Positions 31,913 to 32,000 of a stretch of DNA of 32,000 nt are shown piece by piece. Below the pieces are notes generated by a model that saw only the letters and a list, made by a program, of their open reading frames with translations, had not been told where the DNA came from and searched no databases. The DNA is from Wallemia ichthyophaga EXF-994. Taxonomy: Eukaryota > Fungi > Basidiomycota. Made by a program: the position numbers and the translations under genes. Location: assembly GCF_000400465.1 (NCBI RefSeq), contig NW_008806293.1:122601-154600 (forward strand), given 5' to 3'. Position 1 is the first letter of the stretch. Each line of letters opens with the position of its first letter.

Positions 31913-32000
31913 GACAAGGCACTTAAGTGGCATTCAATTGGCGTTTTAAATAGCATTGCACATCATCAAAACATCATTCCCAATCATACACTCAACATAG

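Noticed and set aside
1-32000. Apparent stress/ion-homeostasis gene cluster (CLC, V-ATPase H, HSF1, MetR-like, ATG10, OSCA)
   Set aside because: These are common eukaryotic housekeeping families interleaved with unrelated genes (CCT3, LAT1, NUP53, MRPL17). No shared motif or pathway logic was found beyond chance.

Overview
Very compact, intron-containing fungal genomic DNA. Introns are mostly 43-58 nt with GT..CTRAC..YAG signals, and several intergenic gaps are under 50 nt. This compactness and the protein families suggest a basidiomycete such as Wallemia (inference). About 20 protein-coding genes can be assembled by hand-splicing: KDM4-type JmjC demethylase (5' partial), TM RING-H2 ligase, CLC channel, CGR1, FMO, CCT3, VMA13, MRPL17/mL46, LAT1, HSF1, GH5 glucanase, two tandem 160-aa orphan membrane paralogs, a macrodomain protein, a MetR/Zip1-type bZIP, NUP53, a hypothetical protein, ATG10, a Tda10-like P-loop kinase, a CSC1/OSCA channel and an Ipa1/UBE3D-like HECT_2 protein. 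The two most notable observations are: (1) a box H/ACA RNA in an unusually long intron of the Ipa1/UBE3D-like gene, whose 5' pocket matches U2 snRNA Psi42 (snR81-like); and (2) head-to-head ATG10 and kinase genes whose predicted start codons overlap in one CATG palindrome. No mobile elements, CRISPR arrays, tRNAs or rRNAs were recognised. All gene models, structures and alignments were made by eye, with no database search.
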